DNA from: Glycera tridactyla | Lineage: Eukaryota | DNA: 64,000 nt | Assembly: GCA_965644265.1 (NCBI GenBank) | Contig: OZ286462.1 | Coordinates: 117,552,001 to 117,616,000, forward strand | Direction of reading: 5' to 3' | Shown: piece by piece, positions 1-13,108 of the stretch | Numbering within the stretch: the first letter of the stretch is position 1 | Layout: each line of letters opens with the position of its first letter | Made by a program: the position numbers and the translations under genes | The notes under the pieces: model-generated | What the model saw: only the letters and a program-made list of their open reading frames with translations | The model's database searches: none | Told to the model about the DNA's origin: nothing

Positions 1-639
1 TCTTTGTAAACATCTAAAGTTTTACTCATGAAGCATCTTCGAACATGATAAGGACTTTGGCGCTTAATGAATCACTATAACAATACTCATTCAAACGTCA
101 TTTTTTCGGACTGAGTCATGCAGAAAGTGGTAAGGCAAGAAAGCAAATTGTCAACTAACTTAAATGCGCTCGCTGCATGGGTCAAGAAATTTCGCGCATG
201 AATGGGTATGTCAAATTTCCTCAAATGGCATTGACAGGTGAACCTCCATCTCCTCAAAAAATATCTAGTTTCTCCCTGATTTCCTGTCTCCAAGATACAA
301 ACTGTATAATAGATGGGTATACGTTCAGGATCAGTGATAATATGCTCTTTTTACAGAGGTTGCATGTGAAGAAGAAATATCATTTCTATACCTTTTTGTT
401 TCCTCACGTCAACCAGGTCCATGATATTGAGTTCCATGACCTGTTTAGTATCATTTCAAGTGCAAGCAATCAGCGTTACTCTGGAATCATTAGCAGGTTA
501 TTTCCTCCTTGATTTGTCGTTGAAAAATCTGATATCATAGTTCGTGTTATAAGAGCACTAAAAGTGCATTTTGGGAGAGCTCACCATTTTAATTTGCCTG
601 AAGGGTGAAGCTTCGAACATGTATCATGTGGGTAGCTAT

Positions 640-1075
640 TTTTGAGCGGGCAGAATGGTATCATGGTGGTGGGAGGGGGAGGGGCAGGGGTTGGGGTGGT
701 GGTTGAGGTGTGGTTCGTGGTAATGATGAATGTGGGGATGATGTTGGTGATGGAGATGGTCATCGTCATCGCCACCTTCGTTGTCGCCTTTCTCGCTGAC
801 CTCGTAGTGGGATGGAGGTGCACAAAATCGATGCTGGTCGTTGCGGACGCCAACCTATTTTTTGGATGATAAGTAGGTCGATTATATTGACGATGACGAG
901 ATGGTGGCGATAGCCATGACAGGGACAATGACAATAGCGATGATGACGAAGATGACCAGGATGGTGACGACGACACAAATGACTTTAATGATGACGAGGA
1001 TTGCTCGAAGACAATGATGAAAACAACATGAAGATACTCCTGGCGACAGTGATAATGGCGGTGATGGAGATGTGC
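640..1075. repeat. GAT/GAC/GGT-rich low-complexity tract (paralogue at ~28480-28970)
   Basis: Degenerate trinucleotide runs; they produce the Thr/Pro/His-rich spurious ORFs in the track. Confidence 0.8.
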
Positions 1076-1611
1076 CTCAGATCATACTGCAAAAATTCAT
1101 TGTTCTTCATTGAAGATTGAAACTTCACCTCACTTCTAATTAAGGTGACATTATATGGGCAATGCCAGTTCGAAGGCAGACCTTGGCAGCGATTCCCACA
1201 TCGAGCAGAGACAGCAAAGGCATCTGATTGGTTGATTGATCATTTTTTGTTCAATATCTTTTCAACATTCGATGGGTCATCCCTGAGTGAGTAGTTGCTG
1301 AGAAAGACGCATTAGACAAAGGGGTGAAGGCCCTCCTTACTTCTATTCTACAGGATGATGCCTCTTGTTTATACTCAGGGCTATGTACTCTCTCAATAGC
1401 TTCAGCAATACAACGTGGTCGAGGATATGATGATATGAATTTGAGTAAGTATGGAGGTTTGAAGTCTGGTATCCTTGACATATAAACCTGATTCCCTCAT
1501 AGGCCCTTTCCAAGCATGGGACATTTTTATCCCTCTTGAGAGTAAAAGCATTCACTGCAAAAACTCACATATCATTGCATTTCTATCAATGACTGCAGTC
1601 ACAACATCCTG

Positions 1612-4251
1612 AACCTTCCCCGAACACGACCCACTTTCCTATGCAGTGTATATCGGCCACCAGATGGCAACTTCGTACATGCGCTTGAGACACTCTCCAC
1701 AAGTATAGATGCGATTGACAACGGCTCGAAGTTTGACCTTCTAATACTAGGTGATATAAATCTAAATATTCTGGCAACCGATGCCAACACAAGAAAATAT
1801 GGAGAGTTCACTGAGAGACATAATCTCGACCACCTAATCCGAGCACCGACAAGAACCACTGATTCAACTAGAAGCTTTATTGACCATATACTATGTAATA
1901 ATAGAGATCAATTTTGCTTTAGTGGGGTAATCGACCCTGGACTAAGCGATCACAGCTTAACTTTCGCCTTAAGACAGCGCCAAAAAATCAGTAGGGAAAA
2001 ATCCATTGCGACGTTTCGCTCGTATCGGTTTTCCAACAATGAATCCTCTTGTAATGATATCGACTGTATTGAATTTGATATCCACCAATACCCTAACCTA
2101 GACGAAGCTAACGATGCCTTCCATCGCATTTTAAAGGACATTCTGGATCGCCACCTGCCCATCACTACTCATTCCAGGCGTGTTAAAAACGCACCATGGG
2201 CAAATGATAACTTCCTCTCTGCCATTGACTCGCGTGAGTACTGGTCAAATAGATTTCGAAAACAAAGTAGTGAGTATAACAAAGCTAAGAAACTAGCCGC
2301 GATGAACTGATGCACTCAATTGAAGATGAATCTGAAGCGTAATTACATTGAGGGCCGCATTAGAAATTTTCAAAAGATCCAAAAAGACTATGGAAGTGCA
2401 TCAGGGAATTTTGGCCAGATAAATCCACCACATCAAGCATCGATGAACGACATACGGAAGACAAACAAGAAATAGCCCGAAGCTTCAATAAACACTTCAC
2501 AAGCATTGAAAACACACTGGCAAATAACATCCATGTTTCATATGGTACCACTCTGCCTGTACTACATGCATACCCGCCTATTTTTGAATTTAGACACATA
2601 AATGAGCAAGATTATAATGAGGCTGTGAAGAAAATGAGCAACTCTGAATCCTCTGCAGAGGACGAAATCACCGCTCGAATAGCCAAACTGGGTGGCTGTA
2701 CACAACAACGAACTAACGCCAGCTATTACCCTGTAGTCTCGATCCCCATCCATTCAATGATGGACGATGATTGAGTTTACTTCCTCTCATGACATCAGGT
2801 TTTTAACCACTGAATGTTGTACATTAACCCTTCACCTTTCATCCTGCGTCCAGTTTCCTGCTTGTCATCTTTAATCAAAGTCTGGTGAAACGCACTTTCC
2901 CATCACTCTGGAAGCGAGCGGTGGTTACGCCTCTCTCCAAGAGTGGTGAGAAATTGGACCCTCAAAACTACCGCCTGATTTCGGATCTCCCTACCTTTGG
3001 AAAAATATTGGAGAGGATTGTACACTCTAAATGCTCAGACTATTTGCAATCTCATAATATTCTCTCGCCTTGCCAGTCAGGTTTCAGGAAGAATCATTCC
3101 ACTGTATCCTGCCTAATTGATTTCACGTCTGTCGTATATGAGGCAATGGATAGCGGCAGGATGAGCGGGGTGATCTTCCTGGACCTGACAAAGGCATTTG
3201 ACACGGTAAACCATGAAATTCTGTTGGGAAAGCTCATACATCTAGGCTTTAGACAGTCAGTTGTCAACTGGTTTGGATCTTACATCTGTGATCTGTATCA
3301 GGCTGTGAAATACCAGCGCGAGATCTCCTCCTTCGAACCTGTCCCCTGCGGAGTACCGCAGGGATCTATACTAGGGCCAATGCTCTTCGTACTTTACATA
3401 AATGACCTGGCAGCCCATATAAAACGATGCCAGGTCTTTATGTATGCTGATGACACAGCGTTACTGGCCAATGGTAAGACAGAAAAGGAAATAACTGAAA
3501 ATCTGGAGACTGACATGAATATAGTCCGCAAATGGATGTCTTTGAATAAACTGAGTCTTAACGTACGCAAATCAAAGGGAATGCTTTTTGGTACTTGCCA
3601 GAAACTGAAGACTGCAGGTAACCAGCCAACGCTACTTGAGTTCGAGAGGGTCTACGAATTCAAATATCTGGGAATTTGGCTAGACCCCTCCCTGACTTTT
3701 AATTCCCATATTGACCATATATGTAATTCCATTAGATCCTGTCTTTGCCTATTAAAAAGACTACGCCCGATCATAGATAAGAAACTCGCGTTGTTAGCAG
3801 TTACTGGGATGTAATCTATGGTGGAATCTTTAAAGAACAATCCCAAAGGCTTGAAGTGCTGCTTCACACTGGCATCTGTACCTGCCTGCAAAAAGATACC
3901 CGTACTCCTACCATTGAGCTACTTGAGGAATCAGGCCTGCTATCAATGAAGGCAGCACGTGAGTATCACTCTGTTTGTGAATTCTTCAAGATCGTACAGG
4001 GCTGTTGCTCTGATAGCCTTAGTAGTATTTTTTTTATGAGCTTTAGAGATCATGCCCGTTGTAGTAGATCTGCCTCTAACCAACTGTTAGTCATCCCAAG
4101 AACAAAACTAAAAAAGGCTGATGATTGTTCCCTGGTAAGAGGTGGAAGGCTTTTGAACAATATACCTCTCGAAATACGAAACTATGATACCGTTTGTTCA
4201 TTTAAGAAAGGAATTCTGAATATTTATTTTAATCGGGACGGTGTATCTTGA
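1612..4251 (+). pseudogene. Disrupted APE-RT ORF2 of LINE-a
   Basis: APE remnants VYRPPDG, LGDINLN, PTRTT..IDHIL, GLSDH; RT motifs QSGFRK, IFLDLTKAFDTVNH, GVPQGSILGP, YADDT, KYLGIWLD in ORF 2885-3814; frameshifts, stops and a deletion near the C-terminus. Confidence 0.9.
2692..2852 (-). other. 161-bp inverted templated insertion inside LINE-a
   Basis: Reverse complement of 5302-5462 with 2 mismatches; it interrupts the RT-proximal frame between ...ITARIAKLG and LLVIFNQSLVK.... Confidence 0.92.
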
Positions 4252-5652
4252 TGAATAGAGTGTGAACACCTTGTAATAACAAAGCACCGCCTGCTCATAC
4301 AAGAATTTTCATGTTGAAAACCGATTACTGTTTTCTGTCTTGGTGGATCTATGTGTACTTGACCCCATAGTTTTTGATAGGTGTTGGTATTGTGATGTAC
4401 ATAAATCTATTACTGTTTCTTGGTGATTATTGTGAATGTAAATGTTCAATTCGTACTCTAGGGAGGAAAATATGATGTACCTCCTCCTGAGTATAAAATA
4501 AAGAATTCAATTCAATTCAATTCAATCCTGCATACCAGCAACCTTACTAGATGAGGAAAATCACTCTTAGATGACTGAGATGTTCAACAAAAAACATCCT
4601 AATCAAATGCTTCTAGCAGAGAAGGAAAAAAGCAGTAGCCACATCATTATTATCTCAGATTGCCTGTCCTGACTCCCATCCATTCATCACTTGGTGGTGT
4701 CCGAATATTGATCCTGGTTCAGAAGGGGGGGGGGGGTGAGCATCACTTGACTTATATGATCTTTGGAGCCATATGACTTGAAACCATCTAATGACATCCG
4801 AAAATCACATCAGCAGAGACTGGAAATTCGGCAGACAGGGACACTCCGGCATACATCCCAGGATTCGAGGAAAAAATTGCATTAATTGGGATTTTAGCTC
4901 TGCCACTATAACCCAGGATTGAATTCGAAAATACCTGAATCACCAAGGCATTGACCATAAGAGTAATATCAAATGATTGAGAACATAAGAATTGCGAAGA
5001 TGGACGAGAAATATAAGATAAATGATGACAATTGACCTGGCATTTGCTGTGTCGGGCTAGTATACACTGTATCACGACTGGCCATACGCTAAAATGCCAA
5101 AAAATCCTTGGGCATGGCTTGCAAAGATATATATTACTCTCATGTGATTCTTGACCACTGAGGATAGAAAAAGAGGTGAGTAAATTGGGCGATGAGTGGT
5201 ATCTATCAATTTTTCACTGGTATGGCTGTTTAGATGAAGCATTTTTCACCTGAATAAGAGCATTATTGTTGGCTGTGAGCAACAACGAGTGATGCCAGTA
5301 ATGGACGCAGGATGAAAGGTGAAGGGTTAATGTACAACATTCAGTGGTTGAAAACCTGATGTCATGAGAGGAAGTAAACTCAATCATCGTCCATCATTGA
5401 ATGGATGGGGATCGAGACTACAGGGTAATAGCTGGCGTTAGTTTGTTGTTGTGTACAGCCACTATGCACAAAGTAGGAACCACCTGGGTCAGTGAGGTTG
5501 CAACTTGGTTTAAAAGGATGTTGATGACATTGTAATGCCAGCTCGATCAGCTGAATGATTCGTTGTTCACAATCGTGTGATCATCAGCTGACAAGATATA
5601 GAGGAGGCACTGATCATGGTGGAGTTGTTTTGAAGTTGACCGTTCATAACTA

Positions 5653-5828
5653 CAGTCAAACTTGTCTTAAGCAAGACTTGTGCTAGGCAAGAACTCGCCC
5701 TAAGCAACAGGTTTCGTATCATCCAACCAGTAAATATTTCACTACAATTGACCTGTTCTCAGCATGACCTTGCCCTAGGTACAACGTTTTTCCATTCCCC
5801 GTCTTCAAGCTTAGGGCAAGTTTGACTT
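5653..5828. mobile_element. Tc1/mariner-like MITE, family 1 (copy A)
   Basis: TA|CAGTCAAACTTGTCTTAAGC ... GCTTAGGGCAAGTTTGACT(T); TA target site; empty site in copy C at ~47280-47290. Confidence 0.85.
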
Positions 5829-8141
5829 CATACTATTTGATCAGGTTCTCCTCGAACCTGATGCATCGTTTTGTTTCAAGCATCATACGTTGCTGAAATA
5901 TGACATTGCTATCAGGTGCATGTGTTAGCTACCATCAGGTTTCATAGTCAGATATGCCATCAGTGAGGTCGTATAGGAACATGTGTGCAAAATAAATCTG
6001 TGTTTGAAGTGAAAAGTACTTCCACTCGTCAAATTCCTGGTTCCACATCATCTTCTATTTTGGATGTGAGAGAGTGATGCCTTCAGAGGACGGAGCATCG
6101 AACAGAATCATATGACATGCATGACATCGAACTCTGTCAATCAATCCACCAATTATTACTCTAACAGCTACTAAGAATATTGAAGCTGAGTAATTGCTTT
6201 CCTTCTCATCCCATGGTTTCCGCAACCACTGTTAACTCATGAGATTGCTCTGGTCATATGTGGCCATAGTAGATGATATCACAACAAAGACTGTTATTTG
6301 TGATGCCGGCAACAGATTGTAATGTCAGCAGGGGTGTGCTTGACAAGGCTGGTGATCATAGCAGTGAATGCTGGAAGCCACCCCTTGGAGTAGCTCTTAT
6401 TTCTCTCTCATATCCGATCACTGTGTAGATGGTGATCACAGAAACTGACCTTTTCATCTGATATCGCAGGACAGGCTGCGGGTCTATACAATGACCTTGA
6501 TGATGTTAAAATTGAACTCAAAAAAAAAAAAAAACAAGCAAACTCGATGAAATTCTGGTGGGGGTTCAAGAAGTCATCCCAAAAATAAATCATACATAAT
6601 GACAGTCTTGTGTAATTCAGTCGAAGCACATCTCTTTGAAGTATCTCTCTAGAGAATAATTACGAAGGCAATTCTCTTTCCCAGGAATCTTCCACTCTGC
6701 CAATTATCTTGAAGGCTCTCCCCTCGTCAAGTTAGTACGAGAGTTGTCGGTATAATTCAGAGGATAATTACAAACAGGTCGGGCCTGTCATGAACAAATC
6801 ACTTCGAAGACATGCAAAACATTGTGAGATAGGAGATAAAACTAGATACGATGGGCTCCAAAACCCATTATTCTGCGCAAGGAGAAACCATAGAATCTGC
6901 GCAGAATGAAGGATCCATGAGCCCATCTCATCTATTGTTATCTTCCATTCCAACGGCTTGTGTGACTCATGGATGGTGTTTAATGAGGCAATCATTCAAC
7001 GAGATGTACATAAAAAACGGTGGAATGGTACATCACACAGCAGTGGGATGAATTAGCATGCATGACCTGTTTGCTAACATACGACATCAGAGCATTCTTT
7101 CAGGCACAATCACTACCTTACAAATTCCTTCATTGAAAAACCCAAGGTTTGTGTCCATCGGTTTACACTTATGGATAGATGATGTTGGCCACGTACCCAT
7201 CTCACTGCATGGAGTATATCACATATTACACGTCCTGATACGATAAATGCCATGGCATAATGGCTTGAAATAGAACATAAAATACCTTCCAAATCTGATT
7301 CATTGATTGGACCATTTGCCTACTCGATATTTTCATTGAAGAGTATCGCAAGCCTTCGGATTCGATACTGATATCACCAACCGATCCACAGTGATATGGT
7401 ATGCAATATGTTTTCAGTTTAAAGTTATTACACTGTCACTAAAACCTAGTGGGTATCCTTTGACCGAAAACAGATATGCCTTGTATGTGCTTTGTAACAT
7501 GCTACAATCCACCAGTTACTCAGACATGTGATCATTTTGCAGAAGTTTATCATAGGAGCTCGGGGAAGGGGAACCTCCGAAGGAGGATAAACCTTCCTGG
7601 TGTGAGCCCACTCGAAGATGGAATGAAAGGTCTGACATACCATCGTTTATCGTAATAACAAGCAGCCTTTTCATGATCCCAGGTACATTGATACGTTGAT
7701 GAAATCGACTCTTTATAGCATAAGGTCAAGCCAATCATATGAATCAGATGATACAATAGCCTACTAACAAGCTCTATGACAGACAAAAAATATTGAATAT
7801 GACAAAGAAAAACACATTCATATGGCTGCATTCTGATACAGAGTCTTGTTAGTTCTAACACCACCACTAACCTATCACCATTTGCCCTCAGCTCCCATAT
7901 AGACGCTAACATCACCATAGTCCTGGGTGGGATCATTTTCTGCCCTGTTTTTTAATACTCCTGATATGGGAGGGAGGTTGGTTGGTTGTTTTACATGAGG
8001 TAAGAATGGCCATATCTTCCAAGATGAGGACAGAAAAACTTTGAGATTAGTAGCGACAGGGGAATACAATGGGCTGTTAGTCCGAGATGTAACAACATGT
8101 ACCTAAATGTCATCATTAATCATCATTCATCACGGCTACGA

Positions 8142-8234
<93 letters not shown>
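8142..8234. repeat. (ATG)31 microsatellite
   Basis: Perfect trinucleotide run; the paralogous (CAT)n run is at 53814-53894. Confidence 0.97.
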
Positions 8235-8236
<2 letters not shown>

Positions 8237-8599
8237 GCAAAGAATGTTCACGTAGCTTGTTATGATAGGCAGATATTGGATATTGGCGAATCTCATTGGC
8301 TTTTGTAGCAGAGACTTTATAATATATTGTGAATTACATAGCAGCGATCAATACAAATCAGACTTTCGCCATATCATGTTGATGGATCATGGGAAGCATC
8401 ACAAACAGGCTGATTCAATCATTCAGACAATGTAGCAGTGTTCACATCTTGTGATTGATGATGATTAAGTCTGCTTCTCTATATATAATGTACATCTTCT
8501 CATCGAGAGAGCGGCATCAATCACCGGCTCTTCCTGATATTCTGATGCAACATTTGGAAGCCTACACTTCTTTATGGTGGGGAGCCTGCGGATGATTTC

Positions 8600-8790
8600 A
8601 ATGCAGTGCCAGTGTGTAAGAGCCTGTCTGTCTGTCCGTCTGTCTGATTGTCCTTCTGTTTGTTTGACAGCCTGCCTGCCTGTCTGTCACTTTCGTGCTT
8701 TGTCTTCGGCTGTAGCCCTATCTCCCTGTAATCTGTTCGTTTGTCCTTCAGTGTGTCTGTTTGTCAGTCTGTCCCTACGTCTGCACTCTT
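8600..8790. repeat. Degenerate (CTGT)n microsatellite
   Basis: ctgt/ctgc tetramer runs; inverse (CAGA)n paralogue at ~53390-53580. Confidence 0.8.
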
Positions 8791-9670
8791 ATTGTTTAGA
8801 GTGTGATGGTGAATCGAGCTGAACAAACCCAGCCTACACCCCAGAAAAGCATGCTACAAATCGCAAACAATGCGATCACACTGGTAAGATACGGAAAGCA
8901 AACTTGTATCCATTTGAGATATTCCACACAAAAAAATGTAACTAGAATTTGCTTGAATGGATTTGTGTGGTACTGAGGAGAGTCCACACGACGCAGTGAT
9001 TTCAATAGGCAGAGTAGCGTGGTATAATTGATTGCACCAATTTGGATGTATCTCGCTTATCTGCTCTAACTGAATTACGTACTTTCCTAGAGAGTGAGGG
9101 TGAGCGAGACCAATGGACAGACAGAAAGACAGGTGGATGGCAGACAGATGAATAGACAGCTCAACAGACAGACTGACAGACCGATCGACAGTTCCTTTGT
9201 AATGGACTGATGTCTACGTTTTTCATGCATTAGTGATGATATTTTGATCAACATCATCGCTGTCAATCTAAGCATTCACTATTCCCATTCCAAAAAAATC
9301 AGATAAAAGCAAAGAAATTTCATTGTGGATGAAAGGTCTCTCATGAATTCCAATCATCGAACATTCACTTCTATCTGTTCACAAACGACTGAAGTGACTG
9401 TACATAGACGAAAGATAACGATCCAGTTCAAAGCGTGGCCATCCTGTCGTCACAGAGTTGATGGAGTAGCTAGGTGAATGCAATCGATTGTTCATTCAGC
9501 TGGTGGTTCTACATCAGCAAGAAGCACCCACATCATGTTGTCGAGGGTGAGATGGGAACGGGTGTAGTAAATCAGGTACTTTCAATGCTAGGCAGCACGA
9601 GGACCAGGTGAATGCTCAATCGCCGAACCGTGTCGATGCCGACAAATGCAAGGTATATAGATACTCCCTC

Positions 9671-11782
9671 ATGGAGCACCCGCTTACCCCGCCCCCACCG
9701 CCACTGCCACCAGCACCAGGCACGCAACCGTCAGACCGTGATCAACCTCGCGATCTGCCAATTATTCCCACTGCAAGCGATTCGCGGCTAACTAAAGACA
9801 CAAATAAAATCGTGCTTTCTGCAATAAGGTCAGCAATATCGTCACATATTGAGGATATGAGCTCTGAGGTGATCGAGTCACACCCTGACCCAGTAAGAAA
9901 CTTAATCGATGAACTGAATGAAAACGAGCCAGACACTCAGGGAATTGCCACGCAAGATAGTATCGAGCTAACAGCTGGTGCAGTGTCAGAAACACCTGCC
10001 GCCCCTCAGACTCCAGCAGTCAAACCTGCCCATGAATCGCCGTCAGTCAAACCAGTAAACTCGGCATCTTCTAAGAAAAAGAACAAAAAGAAACGTAAGA
10101 GAATTCATCACGCAGCATCGCCTGATGACTCAATGGGTATTGGCACATCTAATAAGAAACTAAATCGTGCGAATGACAGTCTGATCGATCTGGCAGCCGA
10201 AAATGGGAGGGAAAGTGGATCAGAGTACGAGACTGACTCGGAAGCTGAAAGTATGATGATTGACGATAGAGATGCATCCATCCCCCCTGGTCAAGTACCT
10301 AGAGACACTCAAGACAGCCATGATAGTCATGAATCCACGTTAAATAGTCAAATTGAGCCCATGGGTGAACTTGATGGATGGCAAATGTTCGACAACGCCC
10401 TAAACATCTCGAATCGACCGTCACCACCAGAGGCGCCACCATCAGCGCCACCTATAACACTACCAGAGTTACAACAGGAAGTAACGTCAAAAGAGCCACG
10501 AGAGGGACCTGAACCTGAATCTGTGGTGGAAACATACACTACTTCGACACCAATGGAAATGAAAATGAAGTTAAAAGCTGACCTGAAAGCTGAACTAATA
10601 GCAGACATGCGATCGACGATTGAGAAAGATCTGGCAGCAAAAATGGAGGTCACTATTGCTCAGAAAATTCGTCAAGATGTTCTAAAAGAAGTGAGCCATG
10701 AAATGCTTGACCTAACAACTCAAGTAAGAAAAATGAGCAAAGAACTGGAAGACAACTCGCGCACAATCATCATGCTGCGAAGTAATGTTGAGAGATTGTC
10801 TGGTAATGCAGCGATTAACAGACAACCACCAACACAACATGAAGACAATGATCAGTCAAGTAGCAGTCCCAGTGTAGCACATCGAGTAGAAAATCTCGAA
10901 TTGTCGGACAGATTAGATAGCATGATCATTGAAGGGTTGGATTTTAACCCTGAATATTCCTTATTAGATAACGTTGGCTATACAATCTGCGACAGCCTTG
11001 ACATATCTCTCTTCCACAAGGATTTCATTAAATGTTCTTTTATTGGCAAACCAAACAAAGACAGCCAACGCCCAATATTGGTAAAATTCAAGGATGTCGC
11101 TCTGAAACGACATCTAATGAAATTGAAAGGGAAACTTCGGGGATCTTCTATATTCTTTAAGGAATTCCTCACCACCAAAAACAATAAGATATACTACGAG
11201 GCTCGCACCGCCAAGAAGAATAAGCTTCTAGACAAGGTATGGACCTATGATGGCCTCGTTTGGGCACAAGAAGACACAGACTCCAAGCCTAGTGTCTTGA
11301 CAGATGCAGATGCACTTCACACGATAAATATAGAAGCATCACACAAAAGAGGCAGGATTCCCAACGACGACAGGCACCACAGCAACCACTTGGACAGCCA
11401 GAACACAAGCAACAGAGACTGTCAAAGGCGACTACCAACGAGGGAAGACAATACAAGAGAATCAGCCAATCATTCAAGGGATCATGACCACCATAGCAAT
11501 CGCAACGGTAATTCAGGGAGACAGGCCTATGAAGCACAGAATTCTACCGGCGACCACCACCGATCACGGGACCCAGCGCTGGAGTCACGCTCTATAAACA
11601 ACGACTCACGAGTTGGTAACAACGACGGAAATCGGCGGCAACCCAGCGAGCGTCGTCCACCCAGCAGTCAATACGGATACAATAACAGGCAGAGAAACAA
11701 GTATCAGAGTAGGAAAAGAGGACCAAGTTGGAATAACGAATGGCCGGAGCTGCCTCCTATGCAGGATAGAAGATATCACTAG
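9671..11782 (+). CDS. LINE ORF1p: disordered N-terminus with basic patch, coiled coil, L1-type RRM and CTD, R/N/D-rich tail
   Basis: Coiled coil MKMKLKADLKAEL...NVERL; RVENLELSDRLDSMIIEGL; RPILVKF..K..L; EFLT..N..IYYEAR; WTYDG, a pattern typical of Transposase_22-like ORF1p. First ATG is at 9671; the frame is open from 9575. Confidence 0.85.
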   Translation: MEHPLTPPPPPLPPAPGTQPSDRDQPRDLPIIPTASDSRLTKDTNKIVLSAIRSAISSHIEDMSSEVIESHPDPVRNLIDELNENEPDTQGIATQDSIELTAGAVSETPAAPQTPAVKPAHESPSVKPVNSASSKKKNKKKRKRIHHAASPDDSMGIGTSNKKLNRANDSLIDLAAENGRESGSEYETDSEAESMMIDDRDASIPPGQVPRDTQDSHDSHESTLNSQIEPMGELDGWQMFDNALNISNRPSPPEAPPSAPPITLPELQQEVTSKEPREGPEPESVVETYTTSTPMEMKMKLKADLKAELIADMRSTIEKDLAAKMEVTIAQKIRQDVLKEVSHEMLDLTTQVRKMSKELEDNSRTIIMLRSNVERLSGNAAINRQPPTQHEDNDQSSSSPSVAHRVENLELSDRLDSMIIEGLDFNPEYSLLDNVGYTICDSLDISLFHKDFIKCSFIGKPNKDSQRPILVKFKDVALKRHLMKLKGKLRGSSIFFKEFLTTKNNKIYYEARTAKKNKLLDKVWTYDGLVWAQEDTDSKPSVLTDADALHTINIEASHKRGRIPNDDRHHSNHLDSQNTSNRDCQRRLPTREDNTRESANHSRDHDHHSNRNGNSGRQAYEAQNSTGDHHRSRDPALESRSINNDSRVGNNDGNRRQPSERRPPSSQYGYNNRQRNKYQSRKRGPSWNNEWPELPPMQDRRYH

Positions 11783-11787
11783 CAAGT

Positions 11788-12915
11788 ATGAGTCTCTTAC
11801 CATTATTTAGAAGACCAGTTCGTAGGATATACCCGACTCCTCGTCGGTACTCTGCGATGGATGATATTTTAGCCAATGATCGTGTACGACGACCAGGGTC
11901 TGATCACTTCACTCAAATGGAACGGACAGTACGGTGCTTTGATCCACCTAACATCGTCGTGGTTGGTGCCTCACATGCAGTACATTTGGTGGACTACATA
12001 AATGCCCTAACACAGGACAGTCACCTTTACAAATTTGTAAACTCCACTAACGTCAAAGCGTTTGCAGTTGGCGGTGCCAAGTATTGGTCCTTAAAAGATA
12101 ACCTACAAGGTAGAGAAATGTCAGCAAAGAAGAAGAGCATCTACGGTGACCAATTGTCGACATTGTCATCGTCCAACTTCAAACCAGACTGAATTATAAT
12201 GTTAATAGGATCGAATGATACCGATGACGTTAATAGTCACATACACCAAATAAAGAGATCAAACACTGCCTACAATTACGGATGGAAAGCCCCCATTGAA
12301 GGGAGGATATGGCTTGACCAGTTGGAACCAGAGGTCGTGAAATTTATGGATTTCCTACGCTGTCTATACCCCGATATCCCCTGTGGGGTTGTCCCTGTGA
12401 TCCAACTTGATTGGTGGAATGAACATGCCCGTAACTTTGCCGACAGACTTGATCATCTTATGACATCCAAGTTGAGAGTTTCTCACTTCACCCGCAAAAT
12501 CACTGCAAAATCACTATATCAGAAGTGCAAGGTGGATGTTCATGATGACATCCTATCTACTTTTATGGACGATGGCAACCTACACTTGAGTGACACGGGG
12601 AATACTGTCCTTTTACAGGACATTCTACCTAGTGTGTTCGATTGGTGGAGGTCAAAACAACTACAAGAACATCCTGAACGCTACATATGTGAACGCACTC
12701 CACGTCGACGAAAACCAAGAAATGCAGGGAAGCGTCATACACCAAGCCAGATGGAAGTGCTTTTAGTTGGAGCCCATAATATTGAAGACGTTCGCACAGT
12801 CGCCCTACCACCCACAAAACGGATGAAATCAGTGATCAAAAATAGGTTCCTGGACAAGTCACATCGCCTGTCTGTGAGTAAAACATTCTCTCGCTATCAA
12901 TCTAAGCTGGCTTGA
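11788..12915 (+). pseudogene. Stand-alone SGNH/GDSL hydrolase (esterase) ORF with one in-frame TGA (12190-12192)
   Basis: Track ORFs 11788-12192 and 12199-12915 share one frame. Blocks: I VVVGASH, II AVGGAK, III PD*IIMLIGSND, V DDGNLHL. Confidence 0.78.
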
Positions 12916-13108
12916 TGTAGAACAACACCAGAGTTTAGTTCAGTTATTATCATGACATAGATGTTTTATAGTCACCTAGTATGATGCCGGGTTGAAACAA
13001 TCGAGTAAAATCAAAAATCAAATACATCTACTTGTTGACCTGCATCTCATTGTACTCTCAATATGTTTGAGTACTGGAGCTTCGTCCACATATGGTGTCC
13101 GCATGTAC

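Larger units (their letters stand above)
1612..4524 (+). mobile_element. 5'-truncated CR1/L2-group non-LTR retrotransposon (LINE-a)
   Basis: 6-bp TSD ATCCTG at 1606-1611 and 4525-4530; empty site in copy B (~39795-39810); AATAAA followed by a (TTCAA)n tail at ~4498-4524; APE and RT motifs inside. Confidence 0.93.

Noticed and set aside
1-560. NLR/LRR or KDZ-transposase identity for the decayed minus-strand frames
   Set aside because: Only vague resemblance; no Walker A/B, LRR consensus run or catalytic motif could be confirmed by eye.
177-976. ORFs 177-512 and 581-976 (and paralogues 28023-28989) as genes
   Set aside because: No recognisable domain; stops and frames differ between copies; low-complexity origin.
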